From: Opitutia bacterium
GTDB lineage: Bacteria; Verrucomicrobiota; Verrucomicrobiia; Opitutales; Opitutaceae
Direction of reading: 5' to 3'
DNA length: 64,000 nt
Assembly (NCBI GenBank): GCA_947478395.1
Contig: CANJVR010000001.1
Location: forward strand, 128,001-192,000
Part shown: positions 30,760 to 42,105 of the stretch, piece after piece
Position numbering within the stretch: the stretch's first letter is position 1
Layout: every line of letters begins with the position of its first letter
Notes under the pieces: generated by a model
What the model was told of the DNA's origin: nothing
Seen by the model: the letters and a program-made list of their open reading frames with translations, nothing else
Databases searched by the model: none
Made by a program: the position numbers and the translations under genes

Positions 30760-31637
30760 GAGAAATTGGATCGGCGCAGCGCCACCGCCATGCGCGCGGC
30801 ACGAAGATTAGCGCGGACATCGTGCACGCGGAAAAAATCCACGCCCTGCCACGCGGCAATCGCCGTGGTCGCGAGCGTGCCTTCGAGCCTTTCCTCCACC
30901 GGCAAGTCGAGGACCTTTCCGATGGTGGATTTCCGCGAAGCGCCCAGCAGCAACGGAAAGCCGAGCGCGTGTAATTCGCCGATACGCGCGATGATCGCCA
31001 GATTTTGCGCCGGGGTTTTTCCAAATCCGATGCCCGGATCGAGCACCAGGCGATCAGGCGAGACGCCAGCGCGAGTCGCGATATCAATTGAGCGCCGAAA
31101 AAAAACCGTGAGCGCTTCGATCACATCACCGGACGCCTGAGCCATCGCCGGATCGTTGTGCATCAGAATCGATGCCGCCCCCGATTCAGCCGCGAGCGTG
31201 GCGAGCTCAGGGTGGCGTTGAAATCCGTGAATATCATTCACGACGTGCGCACCGGATGCCAGCGCGGCTCGGGCCACCGCCGGCTTGTAGGTGTCGATCG
31301 ACAAGACCATGGACCGCTCCTTCGCCAGCGCGGTTATCACGGGGATCACCCGGGCGATTTCCTCTTCATCGGAAATTTCCTGGAAGCCGGGTCGAGTCGA
31401 CTGTCCGCCGATATCGATGACCACCGCCCCCTCTGCTGCGAGTCGTACCGCCTGCCCGACCGCGGCCTCCACCGCGGCAAATCGGCCACCGTCGAAAAAC
31501 GAGTCGGGCGTGACGTTCAGTATTCCCACCATTACGGGCTCGCCGCCCAAGACGATTTCACGTGAACCGCAGCGCAAGATGCGACCGCGCGCCACCCCGG
31601 ATTCAGGCACGGGTTGATTTGCGGCAGAAACACTCAT
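30756..31637 (-). CDS. folP: Dihydropteroate synthase
   Basis: GILNVTPDSFFDGG, GGQSTRPG, DPGIGFGK, SRKS and RVHDV. Confidence 0.95.
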   Translation of the reverse strand: MSVSAANQPVPESGVARGRILRCGSREIVLGGEPVMVGILNVTPDSFFDGGRFAAVEAAVGQAVRLAAEGAVVIDIGGQSTRPGFQEISDEEEIARVIPVITALAKERSMVLSIDTYKPAVARAALASGAHVVNDIHGFQRHPELATLAAESGAASILMHNDPAMAQASGDVIEALTVFFRRSIDIATRAGVSPDRLVLDPGIGFGKTPAQNLAIIARIGELHALGFPLLLGASRKSTIGKVLDLPVEERLEGTLATTAIAAWQGVDFFRVHDVRANLRAARMAVALRRSNFS

Positions 31638-32036
31638 CGGAACCTCTACCGGTAACAATGAGCTGCCGCATGACAAGGGGCGATGCGGAGCGATCGGATG
31701 CGTCTGGGCAAAATTTCGGGAGGTTTTCCCGCCCTCGGGCCGGTCAACCCGGGACCACCCCGGTCCCGTGATGCGCAACCCTCCGCGCTCTGGCTCGTTC
31801 TAATGACGGCGTTTTTTAATTTTCGAATTCCGGGTCGTTCGGTGCCGGACCCAAGATTGGTCTGCTGCTCAAGACGCGAAGTGCATTTTCCGCGGCGGTT
31901 GAGGTGGGTGAGATCGCCGCCGGCAACTAGGTCGCCGCCAAAAAAATTTAAAAAAATCGATCTCCGCGTCGGCCGCTTCCGTGCAAATCCAAATGCTCAA
32001 TGCCCTGCGCGCAGCCCACGTCTGGACCGTAAACCC

Positions 32037-33029
32037 TCACCACACCAGCAGGCCGCCCGCAAACGTGAGTCCGGCGCCGACGCTGCAAAAAATGATTTTG
32101 TCGCCATCGGAGAAAATGCCTTCTTCCGCTGCCCAGCCCAAGGCCATGGAGACACTGGCCGCGCTCGTGTTACCGTATTTGGAAATCGTCACGACGAATT
32201 TATCGTAGGGAATGCCCACGCGTTTGCTGACTGCCTTGAGAATGCGCTCGTTCGCCTGATGCGGCACGACCCATGCGATGTCGTTGGCCTTGATCTGCTC
32301 CCGCGCGAGCGTCTGCTCGATTTGCTCGGCAAAACCAAGCACCGCGTGCTTGAACACGGAGGTGCCATTCATCTGGAGATAAAAATGCTCGATCTCGCCG
32401 CCCACCGCCGCTCCGGGCCAGGGCATGCGCGCGCCGCCACCGGTGCGCTGAATCGATTCAAATTGAGCGGCATCTCCCCCGAGGCCCATCCGGTGCAACC
32501 GATGCCCACCCGCGCCCGCCGTCAAAATTGCCGCGCCCGCCCCATCGCCAAATAAGAACGCCGTCTCGTGGTCCTGCGGATTGGTGATGCGCGACAACAG
32601 CTCGGCGGTAACCACGATCAGGTTCTTCGCCGTGCCCGCCATGATGAAAGCCCGACCGACTTCCAACGCGTACAGCCAGCCAGAGCAGGCCGCGTTCAAA
32701 TCGAACGCCAGTACGCGCGGAATCCCGAGACGTCGCGCAAGGTCGCTCGCCATCGCCGGCACCGGCTGATCGGGGATCAGCGTCGCCATGATGATGCCAT
32801 CGATCTGGCTCGCCGCCATGCCGGCCTGCGCGAGCGCATGCTGCACGGCGGTAACGGCGAGGTCCGTCGCGCTCTCGTCGTCCGCCGCATAGCGGCGCTC
32901 CCGAATTCCAGTCAGCCGAACAATTTCCTCCTCCGTCCGATGGGGAAACGCTTTCAAGATTTCGCTGTTGGCGCGGATGGTGGCGGGAGCCGCGTGGCCC
33001 ACGCCGGCGATGCAAACGGTGTCAGACAT
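32037..33029 (-). CDS. fabH: Beta-ketoacyl-ACP synthase III (FabH-like)
   Basis: TGIRERR, AACSG (Cys), FGDGAGA, PHQAN (His) and GNTSAAS (Asn). Confidence 0.85.
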   Translation of the reverse strand: MSDTVCIAGVGHAAPATIRANSEILKAFPHRTEEEIVRLTGIRERRYAADDESATDLAVTAVQHALAQAGMAASQIDGIIMATLIPDQPVPAMASDLARRLGIPRVLAFDLNAACSGWLYALEVGRAFIMAGTAKNLIVVTAELLSRITNPQDHETAFLFGDGAGAAILTAGAGGHRLHRMGLGGDAAQFESIQRTGGGARMPWPGAAVGGEIEHFYLQMNGTSVFKHAVLGFAEQIEQTLAREQIKANDIAWVVPHQANERILKAVSKRVGIPYDKFVVTISKYGNTSAASVSMALGWAAEEGIFSDGDKIIFCSVGAGLTFAGGLLVW

Positions 33030-33060
33030 GTTCGAGCGGGAAATTACTAAGAGACGAAAT

Positions 33061-33531
33061 TCAGCTTTTACGCGAAGCGACGTAGCTCGCGACATCGTCG
33101 CCCGAGACCCGGCCACCCGGCCCCGTGGCCGCGATATCCGTTATTTTTACCGGATCGAGCCCGGCTTCCTGCGCGAGTTTTGTCGCCCGCGGCGTCCACA
33201 CCAGCGCGGCCGCCGGTTTCGCCGCCGCATTCGCGGCCGGCAATTTCGAAGGATCCTTCACTTGCAAGTGGCGCAGGCTTTCGTCCTGGGTCTCCAATCG
33301 CAAAAAAAGCGACCCCGGCAGCAGGACTTCTCCGGGCTTTGCGGGCAAAGCGATCACGGTACCGTCCGCCGGCGCTTCATATTCGAAGATCGACTTGTCG
33401 CTCTCGAGCTCCGCCACCTTCTGGCCCTTGGCGACGCGTTCGCCGGGTTTGATTTTGAGGCTGACGACGGTGAGTTCGCTCACGGTCGCACCCATGGAGG
33501 GCACGGGCACGTCGATGAGAAAATTTTCCAT
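33061..33531 (-). CDS. Stand-alone lipoyl domain plus E1/E3-binding domain protein (E2-like, no acyltransferase domain)
   Basis: VPSMGATVSE...ELESDKS lipoyl-Lys motif, Ala/Pro linker, TPRATKLA...ATGPGGRVSGDDV binding domain, then a stop codon. Confidence 0.85.
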   Translation of the reverse strand: MENFLIDVPVPSMGATVSELTVVSLKIKPGERVAKGQKVAELESDKSIFEYEAPADGTVIALPAKPGEVLLPGSLFLRLETQDESLRHLQVKDPSKLPAANAAAKPAAALVWTPRATKLAQEAGLDPVKITDIAATGPGGRVSGDDVASYVASRKS

Positions 33532-33594
33532 CAGTGGGTTTGGATTTCCGACCAGTGTGCGGCGGGGTTCCGCGTGGTCAATGGCGGGAATCTC

Positions 33595-34389
33595 TCAAGC
33601 CCGCACCGTCTTCCACACCGCCACGCATTGCGCGAGGAGCGCGGCGAGTTCGCCGAGGGGAATCATATTCGGCCCATCGCTGAGCGCGTGGGCCGGATCG
33701 GGATGCGTCTCAATAAAAAGTCCGTCGGCTCCCGCCGCTAGCGCCGCTTTGGCCAGCGGTGGCACAAACTCGCGCTGACCGCTGCTCTTGCCACCGCCGG
33801 CGCCGGGCAACTGGACCGCGTGGGTGGCATCGAACACGGTGGGATATCCGTTTTGCTTCATGATCGCGAACGACCGCATATCGACCACGAGGTTTTGATA
33901 GCCAAAGGTCGTGCCGCGCTCGGTCTGCCAGATTTCCCGGGCCTGACCTTCGCGCAATTTGCCCGTGACATGCACCATTTCCTGCGGGGAAAGAAACTGG
34001 CCCTTCTTCACGTTGACGACGCGGCCGGTCGCCGCCGCGGCCAGCAACAAATCAGTTTGTCGGCAGAGAAAGGCCGGGATCTGCAACACATCGCACACCG
34101 CCGCGACGGCCGGAACCTGACTCGTCTCATGAATATCCGTCAGCACGGGAAACCCGTAGTCGCGTTTGATCAGCGCGAGCAATTTCAAGCCCTCCTCCAT
34201 GCCCGTGCCGCGGGCCCCGCCGAGCGAGGTGCGGTTGGCTTTGTCGAACGAGCCCTTGAAAATCAACGTCAGCTCCGGCTGCGCGCGCGCGATGGCGGTG
34301 AGTTTCTCGGCGACCGCCCGGCAGACCGTCTCGTTTTCCAACGAACACGGTCCGGCAATGACGAGGAGTTTTTTGGGATCGAAGAGCAC
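33595..34389 (-). CDS. kdsA: KDO 8-phosphate synthase
   Basis: [27 protein letters not shown] and DATHAVQ. Confidence 0.95.
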   Translation of the reverse strand: MLFDPKKLLVIAGPCSLENETVCRAVAEKLTAIARAQPELTLIFKGSFDKANRTSLGGARGTGMEEGLKLLALIKRDYGFPVLTDIHETSQVPAVAAVCDVLQIPAFLCRQTDLLLAAAATGRVVNVKKGQFLSPQEMVHVTGKLREGQAREIWQTERGTTFGYQNLVVDMRSFAIMKQNGYPTVFDATHAVQLPGAGGGKSSGQREFVPPLAKAALAAGADGLFIETHPDPAHALSDGPNMIPLGELAALLAQCVAVWKTVRA

Positions 34390-34508
34390 GGATCAATTAG
34401 GCGTTTTCAGACGTAAATCGACACTTGGAGAGCGCGGCGGCCGCGACCGTTTTATGACCATGCGGCCGGGGGCGGCCGCGCTCCCATGGAGGTGTCATCA
34501 GGACGCGA

Positions 34509-36215
<1,707 letters not shown>

Positions 36216-36425
36216 TCACGATCGCAACAATAGCGCCGCAGCCATCACGGCGCCGCCCACCAACAACGCGATCAGGGTGATCCATAGCGCCCATTTCAGG
36301 AGTTTCACCAGCATCCAAATCAGGCCGGCGGCGACGACCGTCACGCACGCCACGACGAACCAGGGAGGGTAGTCGGCCAGCGCATCAAAGAAAGTCGGCG
36401 GAACTTTGGGCAGCGGCGACAGCAT
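36216..36425 (-). CDS. Small two-helix membrane protein
   Basis: 69 aa with two hydrophobic segments; co-oriented upstream of pyrG. Confidence 0.55.
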   Translation of the reverse strand: MLSPLPKVPPTFFDALADYPPWFVVACVTVVAAGLIWMLVKLLKWALWITLIALLVGGAVMAAALLLRS

Positions 36426-36508
36426 CGATCGTTAACTCATCGGCGAAACCAACCTTCGCCAGCAAAATGATTTGCACCGCGCTGGGCGCGCCACCCAACC
36501 TCCGCCGC

Positions 36509-36892
36509 ATGAATTCCAAGCCCCAGCTCCTCTGCTGGCTCACCTGCGATGGGGTCCACCTCGATCCCGGCTCGGGCAAACACACGATCCTCGGCGTATT
36601 TTCGAACATCAAGGCCCAGCAGTTCCCGGTGACCCATCCGTTCATGGTGTGGTTCATGACGCTCACCGATTGCGCGATCGGGCCGCACCGGATGAAAATC
36701 TCGATGGGCCTCGATCCGACCCACCTGCAGGAACTCATCGCCCGCCCCTTCGAGGCGCAAAGTCCGCTGCAACGGATCAATCTCATCAACGAAATCCGCA
36801 ACCTCACGTTCCCGCAACCCGGCGACTACTCACTCCTCATCGAAATCGACGACGAGCCGATCCTCGCGACCAACCTGACCGTTTCAGCGTAG
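36509..36892 (+). CDS. Conserved hypothetical beta-rich protein (DUF6941-like)
   Basis: LTCD...DPGSGKHTILGVF...FPQPGDY pattern with coding-like codon use. Confidence 0.65.
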   Translation: MNSKPQLLCWLTCDGVHLDPGSGKHTILGVFSNIKAQQFPVTHPFMVWFMTLTDCAIGPHRMKISMGLDPTHLQELIARPFEAQSPLQRINLINEIRNLTFPQPGDYSLLIEIDDEPILATNLTVSA

Positions 36893-37022
36893 AAAAGTGA
36901 GCATCCAAACGGGGATCCATACCGTTTCTATTTCCTCCCCGCCCCCTGCCCTTTAAATTTTCGAGCGCTGCCCAATTTCCCAATTTTCCGACGTTTCCGC
37001 CGTTTCCAATTTACGCTTAAAC

Positions 37023-38048
37023 ATGCCCTCTTCCGTTTCGCCCCTTCCCTACGACCTGATCGGTGCCGGTAATCCCATCATGGATCTGCTCGCCCGCGTG
37101 CCCGAGGATTTCCTGACCCATCACGTGCGCGGAGCCAAGGGAGGCATGGAACTGGTCGATGCGGATGAAATGCACCGGTTGGTTTCGCAACTCCACGCCA
37201 GCCCATTGCGCGCGCCCGGCGGCTCCGCAGCCAATACCACGATCTCCGCCGCCCGCCTTGGTCTGCGCACGCGTTACCTCGGCAAAATTGGCAACGACGA
37301 GACCGCGGATACTTATTTCAAAAACTTTCTCGATCACGGCGTCGACGGGGCCTCGTTCAAACGGGCTCCGCTGCCCAACGCACGGTGTCTTTCTCTCATC
37401 ACGCCCGACAGCCAGCGCACGCTCCGCACCTGTCTCGGTGCCGCGATGACGCTCTCGCCGGACGAAATCGCCGTTGAAGATTTCGCCACCAGTCGCCACG
37501 CGCACATCGAGGGCTACCTCATGTTCAACCCTGCGTTGGCCACCGCCGTCGTGAACGCGGCCCGCGCCGCCGGTTGCACCATCAGCATTGACCTCTCCTC
37601 CTTCGAAGTCGTCAACGTCGCCCGCGACTGGCTACTCGCTCAGATCAAGCAGGGCATCACGATCATCTTCGCCAACGAGGACGAAATCCGCGCCCTCTAC
37701 CAAACCACTTCCTCGAACTACGAAGAACTCGCCCGCCGTCTTTCTGCCGAGGGTTCGGGCTCCATCGCCGCCGTGAAAATGGGCAAAGAGGGCGCCTGGA
37801 TCGCCCGCGGCCAAGAACTTCATCGCATCCTGCCGATCACCGTCGACCAATCGATCGACACCACCGGCGCCGGTGACGCCTGGGCTGCCGGTTTTCTTTT
37901 CGGCTATCTGCGCGGTTGGACGCTCCCCGCCGCGGGCGCGCTCGGCTCAATTTTGGGCGCGGAATGCGTGCAGCACATCGGCCCCGCGATTCCTGAAACG
38001 CACTGGCCCGAAATCAAAAAACGCGCGGTCATGCTGGCCGCGCGGTGA
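37023..38048 (+). CDS. PfkB family carbohydrate/adenosine kinase
   Basis: GGSAANT, FANEDE and DTTGAGDAWAAGFL. Confidence 0.9.
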   Translation: MPSSVSPLPYDLIGAGNPIMDLLARVPEDFLTHHVRGAKGGMELVDADEMHRLVSQLHASPLRAPGGSAANTTISAARLGLRTRYLGKIGNDETADTYFKNFLDHGVDGASFKRAPLPNARCLSLITPDSQRTLRTCLGAAMTLSPDEIAVEDFATSRHAHIEGYLMFNPALATAVVNAARAAGCTISIDLSSFEVVNVARDWLLAQIKQGITIIFANEDEIRALYQTTSSNYEELARRLSAEGSGSIAAVKMGKEGAWIARGQELHRILPITVDQSIDTTGAGDAWAAGFLFGYLRGWTLPAAGALGSILGAECVQHIGPAIPETHWPEIKKRAVMLAAR

Positions 38049-38477
38049 GGGCCAACCGCTTAACCGGAAACCCCGGAGGAGTTGGCCCCAAAGTGGCCTA
38101 AAAACGCTTCCTCCGTCCCCATCGTCAACGCGCCGATAGGCGCGAACGAGACTGAGCCGGAGCCCGCGAAATTCTCGGGTCTCTTTGCACCGAGATTCCG
38201 ATGCCTTTCTTTCCTCCGCCGACGCCTGGCGCTGGATAGATTCAGGACTCGGGCGGAGACGACGCCATCGGCATGGAAGACGCGCGGTCGGCCGCGATGA
38301 TCAAGCGAGTACTTAGGCCATCCGTTCGCGGAGGTTCAGACGCGGGCACGCGATTGCCATCCGGCGTTTCAATCGCGGGAAAAAAATTCGATCAAAGCAC
38401 CGCGGTGATCTTGCTCGGAGCGCAACGGAAGACGCCAAAAAGCGGGCGTAACTTGGGCGCCTATTCCGTAGTTTAAA

Positions 38478-38507
38478 ATTTTCCGTGTCTTCCGTGTGTT
38501 CCGTGGC
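38478..38507. repeat. Right arm of the CACGGAA hairpin family, just upstream of proA
   Basis: TTCCGTGTCTTCCGTGTGTTCCGTGGC is nearly identical to 1394-1420. Confidence 0.8.
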
Positions 38508-38521
38508 AACCATCTCCTCTG

Positions 38522-39796
38522 ATGTCCGCCGATCTCGTCACTCTGGTCACGTCCCTGGCCCAACGCGCCCGCGCCGCGTCGCTCGTGCTCGCGACGGCCC
38601 CTACGGCTAAAAAAGACGACGCGCTCCGCCAGCTCGCTGATTTGATCGATGGCTCTCACGCCGCGCTGCTGGCGGCGAACTTGCAAGACCTCGCCAGCCC
38701 CGAAGCCGCCGCGATCACGGCCGCCGCGCGCGATCGTCTCACGCTCAACTCCGCCCGCCTGGACCATCTCGCGCAGTCCGTGCGCGAAGTTGCCGCCCTG
38801 CCCGATCCGGTCGGCGATCTGCTCGAGGCAACCACTCGGCCCAACGGCCTTCACATCCGCAAGGTCCGCGTGCCCATCGGCGTGATCGGCATCATTTACG
38901 AGGCCCGCCCCAACGTGACGATCGACTGCGCCATCCTCTGCCTGAAGAGCGGCAACGCCTGCATTCTTCGCGGCGGCAAGGAATGCTTCCACACCAACAC
39001 GGCCCTCGCCGATTTGATCGCGCGCGCCCTCGCTCGAGCCGGCTTGCCCGCCGATGCCGTGCAACTCGTGCCGACGACCGATCGCGCCGCGCTCACCACG
39101 CTGTTAAAACTGGATACGTTGATTCACTGCATCATTCCACGCGGCGGCGAAAGCCTCATCCGCTTTGTCGCTGAAAACGCTACGATCCCCGTGATCAAAC
39201 ATTTTCAGGGCGTGTGCTTCGTCTACGTGGACGCCGCCGCCGATCTCGCCATGGCCGAGGCCATCACGGTCAACGCGAAAGCCTCCCGGCCCAGCGCGTG
39301 CAATGCCGCTGAGCAACTCCTCGTGCACCGCCACGTCGCGGCGCAATTTTTGCCGTCGGTCGCCCGCGCGCTGCTCGCGAAAAAAGTCCAGCTCCGTTGC
39401 GACGCCGCCAGCGCCGCCATCCTGGCGGCCGCAGGGCTCGATCACCGCCCTGCGACACCGGCGGATTACACCACGGAGTTCCTCGACTACGTGATCGCGA
39501 TTCGCGTCGTCGATTCGCTCGATGCCGCCATCGCGACGATCAACCGCGACAGTTCCAATCACAGTGAAGCGATTGTCACGGCCGACGAAGCCGCCGCCCG
39601 TCGTTTTCTAGCCGAGATCGATAGCGCGACCGTTTATTGGAATGCCAGCACGCGTTTCACCGATGGCTTCGAATTTGGCTACGGCGCCGAGATCGGCATC
39701 AGCACCGACCGCCTCCACGCCCGCGGCCCGATGGGGCTGCGCGAACTGTGCAGTTACAAATTTCTGATCGAAGGCACGGGCCAAATCCGGGCGTGA
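38522..39796 (+). CDS. proA: Gamma-glutamyl phosphate reductase
   Basis: IYEARPNVT, LKSGN, CNAAE, NASTRFTDG and LHARGPMGL. Confidence 0.96.
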   Translation: MSADLVTLVTSLAQRARAASLVLATAPTAKKDDALRQLADLIDGSHAALLAANLQDLASPEAAAITAAARDRLTLNSARLDHLAQSVREVAALPDPVGDLLEATTRPNGLHIRKVRVPIGVIGIIYEARPNVTIDCAILCLKSGNACILRGGKECFHTNTALADLIARALARAGLPADAVQLVPTTDRAALTTLLKLDTLIHCIIPRGGESLIRFVAENATIPVIKHFQGVCFVYVDAAADLAMAEAITVNAKASRPSACNAAEQLLVHRHVAAQFLPSVARALLAKKVQLRCDAASAAILAAAGLDHRPATPADYTTEFLDYVIAIRVVDSLDAAIATINRDSSNHSEAIVTADEAAARRFLAEIDSATVYWNASTRFTDGFEFGYGAEIGISTDRLHARGPMGLRELCSYKFLIEGTGQIRA

Positions 39797-39797
39797 T

Positions 39798-39908
39798 TTC
39801 GGATTAAGCGCAAAGACGCGAAGGTCGGCCAAGTTCGCAAAGATTACCTTCTCCGGACTGACTTTGCGTTTTCTTTGCCAACCTTCGCGGCTTTGCGCTT
39901 AGTCCGAA
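39798..39908. repeat. Long intergenic palindrome of the CGCG/AAAG family
   Basis: TTCGGATTAAGCGCAAAGACGCGAAGG pairs with the right arm; shares ATTAAGCGCRAAGACGCGAAGG with the 7202 element. Confidence 0.85.
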
Positions 39909-39911
39909 TCC

Positions 39912-40409
39912 ATGAACCGGCGCTGGCTTCTCTCTCACGCTCGAGGCTACCTCGAACTGGGCTTGGTCGACGAAGCCGCGGCCGAACTCGCGTTGCTCCC
40001 CGCCGGGCAATCCGACGACACGGAGGTACTGGGAATTCAGGCTTTGATTCTCCGCGAGCAATCCCGCTGGATCGAACTGCGCGCGACCGCCGCGGAGTTG
40101 ACCCGCCGGCAGCCCGAACTCGCCGACTGGTGGATCACGTTAGCTTACGCCACCCGCCGGGCCGTTTCGCTCCTCGAGGCGGAGGCCATCCTGCGCGAGG
40201 CCGAACTCCAGCACCCCAAAGAGCCCACCATCCAGTTTAATCTCGGATGCTACGCATGCCAGCGGGGCGATCTCGCGGAAGCGCGGCGGCGGGTCGATGC
40301 AGCGATCGCCCTCGACGCTCACTGCCTGGCGGCGGCGGCGACCGATCCCGATCTCGCCGCCTTGCGCACGAAGGCGAAAAACACACCGGACTGTCCTTCG
40401 ACGCCTTAA
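39912..40409 (+). CDS. TPR-repeat protein
   Basis: ARGYLELGL and FNLGCY...A...DPDL TPR end-of-group pattern. Confidence 0.75.
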   Translation: MNRRWLLSHARGYLELGLVDEAAAELALLPAGQSDDTEVLGIQALILREQSRWIELRATAAELTRRQPELADWWITLAYATRRAVSLLEAEAILREAELQHPKEPTIQFNLGCYACQRGDLAEARRRVDAAIALDAHCLAAAATDPDLAALRTKAKNTPDCPSTP

Positions 40410-40454
40410 ATTGCTGGGCTTTCGGGCCGCCCGCCTCCTGATTCTTTACGCTGC

Positions 40455-41954
40455 ATGTCCCCCCCTCCGCTGCTCGCCCTTCGTGGCATCATCAAGTCGT
40501 ACGGTGGCGTGCGCGCGCTCCGTGGGGTGGATTTCGATTTGAAGGCCGGCGAAGTGCACGCGCTGCTTGGGGAAAACGGTGCGGGTAAAAGCACGCTGAT
40601 TAAAATCATCACCGGTGCCCACCAGCCCAACGGCGGCACGCTCACCTTGGCCGGCCAGACCCTCACCGGTCTCACCCCATCGACTTCCCGGCAGCTGGGC
40701 ATCGCCTGCATTTATCAGCAGCCGGCCCTGTTTCCCGACCTGACTGTCGCGGAAAACCTCGCCCTTCGCCTTGAACCTGCGTCCGCCGGCCGCGTGGTGA
40801 AATGGACCCACCGCCGCGCGCGCGCCAGCGAGCTGTTGTCCCGCATCGGCGCCCAAATCGATCCCGAAGCGGAGGTCCGGTCGCTCTCGATGCCCGAACA
40901 GCAGCTGGTGGAAATCGCCTGCGCGCTCGGCTCTGGTGCGCGGATCGTCATCATGGACGAGCCGACTGCTTCGCTGACTCAAAAAGAGCAGCACCTGCTC
41001 TTCGCCGTCGTGCGCGAGCTCCGCAAGAACGGCGTCGGTGTCATCTACATTTCCCACCGACTTGAGGAAATCTTCGCTCTCGCCGACCGCGTCACGGTGC
41101 TGCGCGACGGCGAAAGCGTCGGCACGCAGCCCGTCGGCGCCATCGATGAAGCCGGCCTCATCCGCCTCATGGTCGGCCGCGAAGTGGCGCAAATTTATCC
41201 CGCGAGTGAAGCGGCCGCCGGCGAGGTCGTGCTTTCGCTGCGCGATTTGGGCTGCACCGCGTCGGGCGTACACGGCGTGACATTCGACGTCCGGGCCGGC
41301 GAAATTTTCGGCTTGGCCGGACTCGTCGGCGCCGGCCGGACCGAACTGGCGCGTGTGTTGTTCGGCCTGACGCCCGCGGACCGCGGCGAAATCCTGCTCA
41401 ACGGTGAGCGCATCGTCCCGCATTCGCCCCAAGACGCCGTCGCCCGCGGCATCGGTTACGTGCCGGAGGATCGCCGGCGCCATGGCGTCGTGCTGGAGCT
41501 TCCGATCGCGCATAACATGACGATGGCAATTCACCGGCGGATTTTCCCTGCGACGTGGCTGCGCTTCTCTGCTGAGGCGGGACTCGCGCGCGATTTCATC
41601 CGCGACCTCGCCGTGAAATGTTTCGGGCCGGAAGCGCCGGGCGGCAGCCTCTCCGGTGGCAACCAACAAAAAGTTTCCCTCGCCCGGTGGCTCGCGACGA
41701 AACCGCGCCTGCTCATCCTCGACGAACCGACCCAGGGCGTAGACGTCGGCGCGAAAAGCGAAATCCACAAAATCGTCCGCCGCCTCGCCAAGGAAGGTCT
41801 CGCCGTGATTTTGATTTCAAGCGATCTGCCCGAGGTCATCGGCATGAGCGATCGCATCGGGGTGATGGGCGGCGGCACGCTCCGCGCGATCATGCCGGGT
41901 CAATCCGCTCCGCATGCAGTCATGGCGGCGGCGCTCGGGACGGCAGCAGCATGA
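40455..41954 (+). CDS. Sugar ABC transporter ATP-binding protein (two ABC domains)
   Basis: GENGAGKST, DEPT, SHRLEE and LSGGNQQK. Confidence 0.93.
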   Translation: MSPPPLLALRGIIKSYGGVRALRGVDFDLKAGEVHALLGENGAGKSTLIKIITGAHQPNGGTLTLAGQTLTGLTPSTSRQLGIACIYQQPALFPDLTVAENLALRLEPASAGRVVKWTHRRARASELLSRIGAQIDPEAEVRSLSMPEQQLVEIACALGSGARIVIMDEPTASLTQKEQHLLFAVVRELRKNGVGVIYISHRLEEIFALADRVTVLRDGESVGTQPVGAIDEAGLIRLMVGREVAQIYPASEAAAGEVVLSLRDLGCTASGVHGVTFDVRAGEIFGLAGLVGAGRTELARVLFGLTPADRGEILLNGERIVPHSPQDAVARGIGYVPEDRRRHGVVLELPIAHNMTMAIHRRIFPATWLRFSAEAGLARDFIRDLAVKCFGPEAPGGSLSGGNQQKVSLARWLATKPRLLILDEPTQGVDVGAKSEIHKIVRRLAKEGLAVILISSDLPEVIGMSDRIGVMGGGTLRAIMPGQSAPHAVMAAALGTAAA

Positions 41955-42086
41955 AAAATTTCAAACGCCAAAACCCAGTGACCAAAGAAATCCCAAGCTC
42001 CAGGCTCGGGCGCCGTGCCGCGTGCCCGATTGGGTTTTTATCTTTGATTTCTTTTTGGCGTTTGGAATCTGGCGTTTGGCATTTCC
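41955..42086. repeat. Imperfect palindrome with about 7-nt-periodic CCAAA/TTTGG arms
   Basis: TTCAAACGCCAAAACCCAGTGACCAAAG...TTTGGCGTTTGGAATCTGGCGTTTGGCATTT. Confidence 0.65.
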
Positions 42087-42105
42087 AGACCGAAGGGCGG
42101 GCGGC

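Noticed and set aside
31640..32036. Possible folate or ZTP riboswitch upstream of folP
   Set aside because: Some hairpins and a GACCGGC...GGGAAAACC stretch are present, but the ZTP 3' GCCTGGGC element appears only on the wrong strand and no THF consensus is recognisable.
33030..33116. Frameshift fusion of the lipoyl carrier with FabH
   Set aside because: The FabH frame is open upstream, but the carrier ends cleanly after its binding domain, there is no obvious slippery site, and FabH has its own ATG at 33029.
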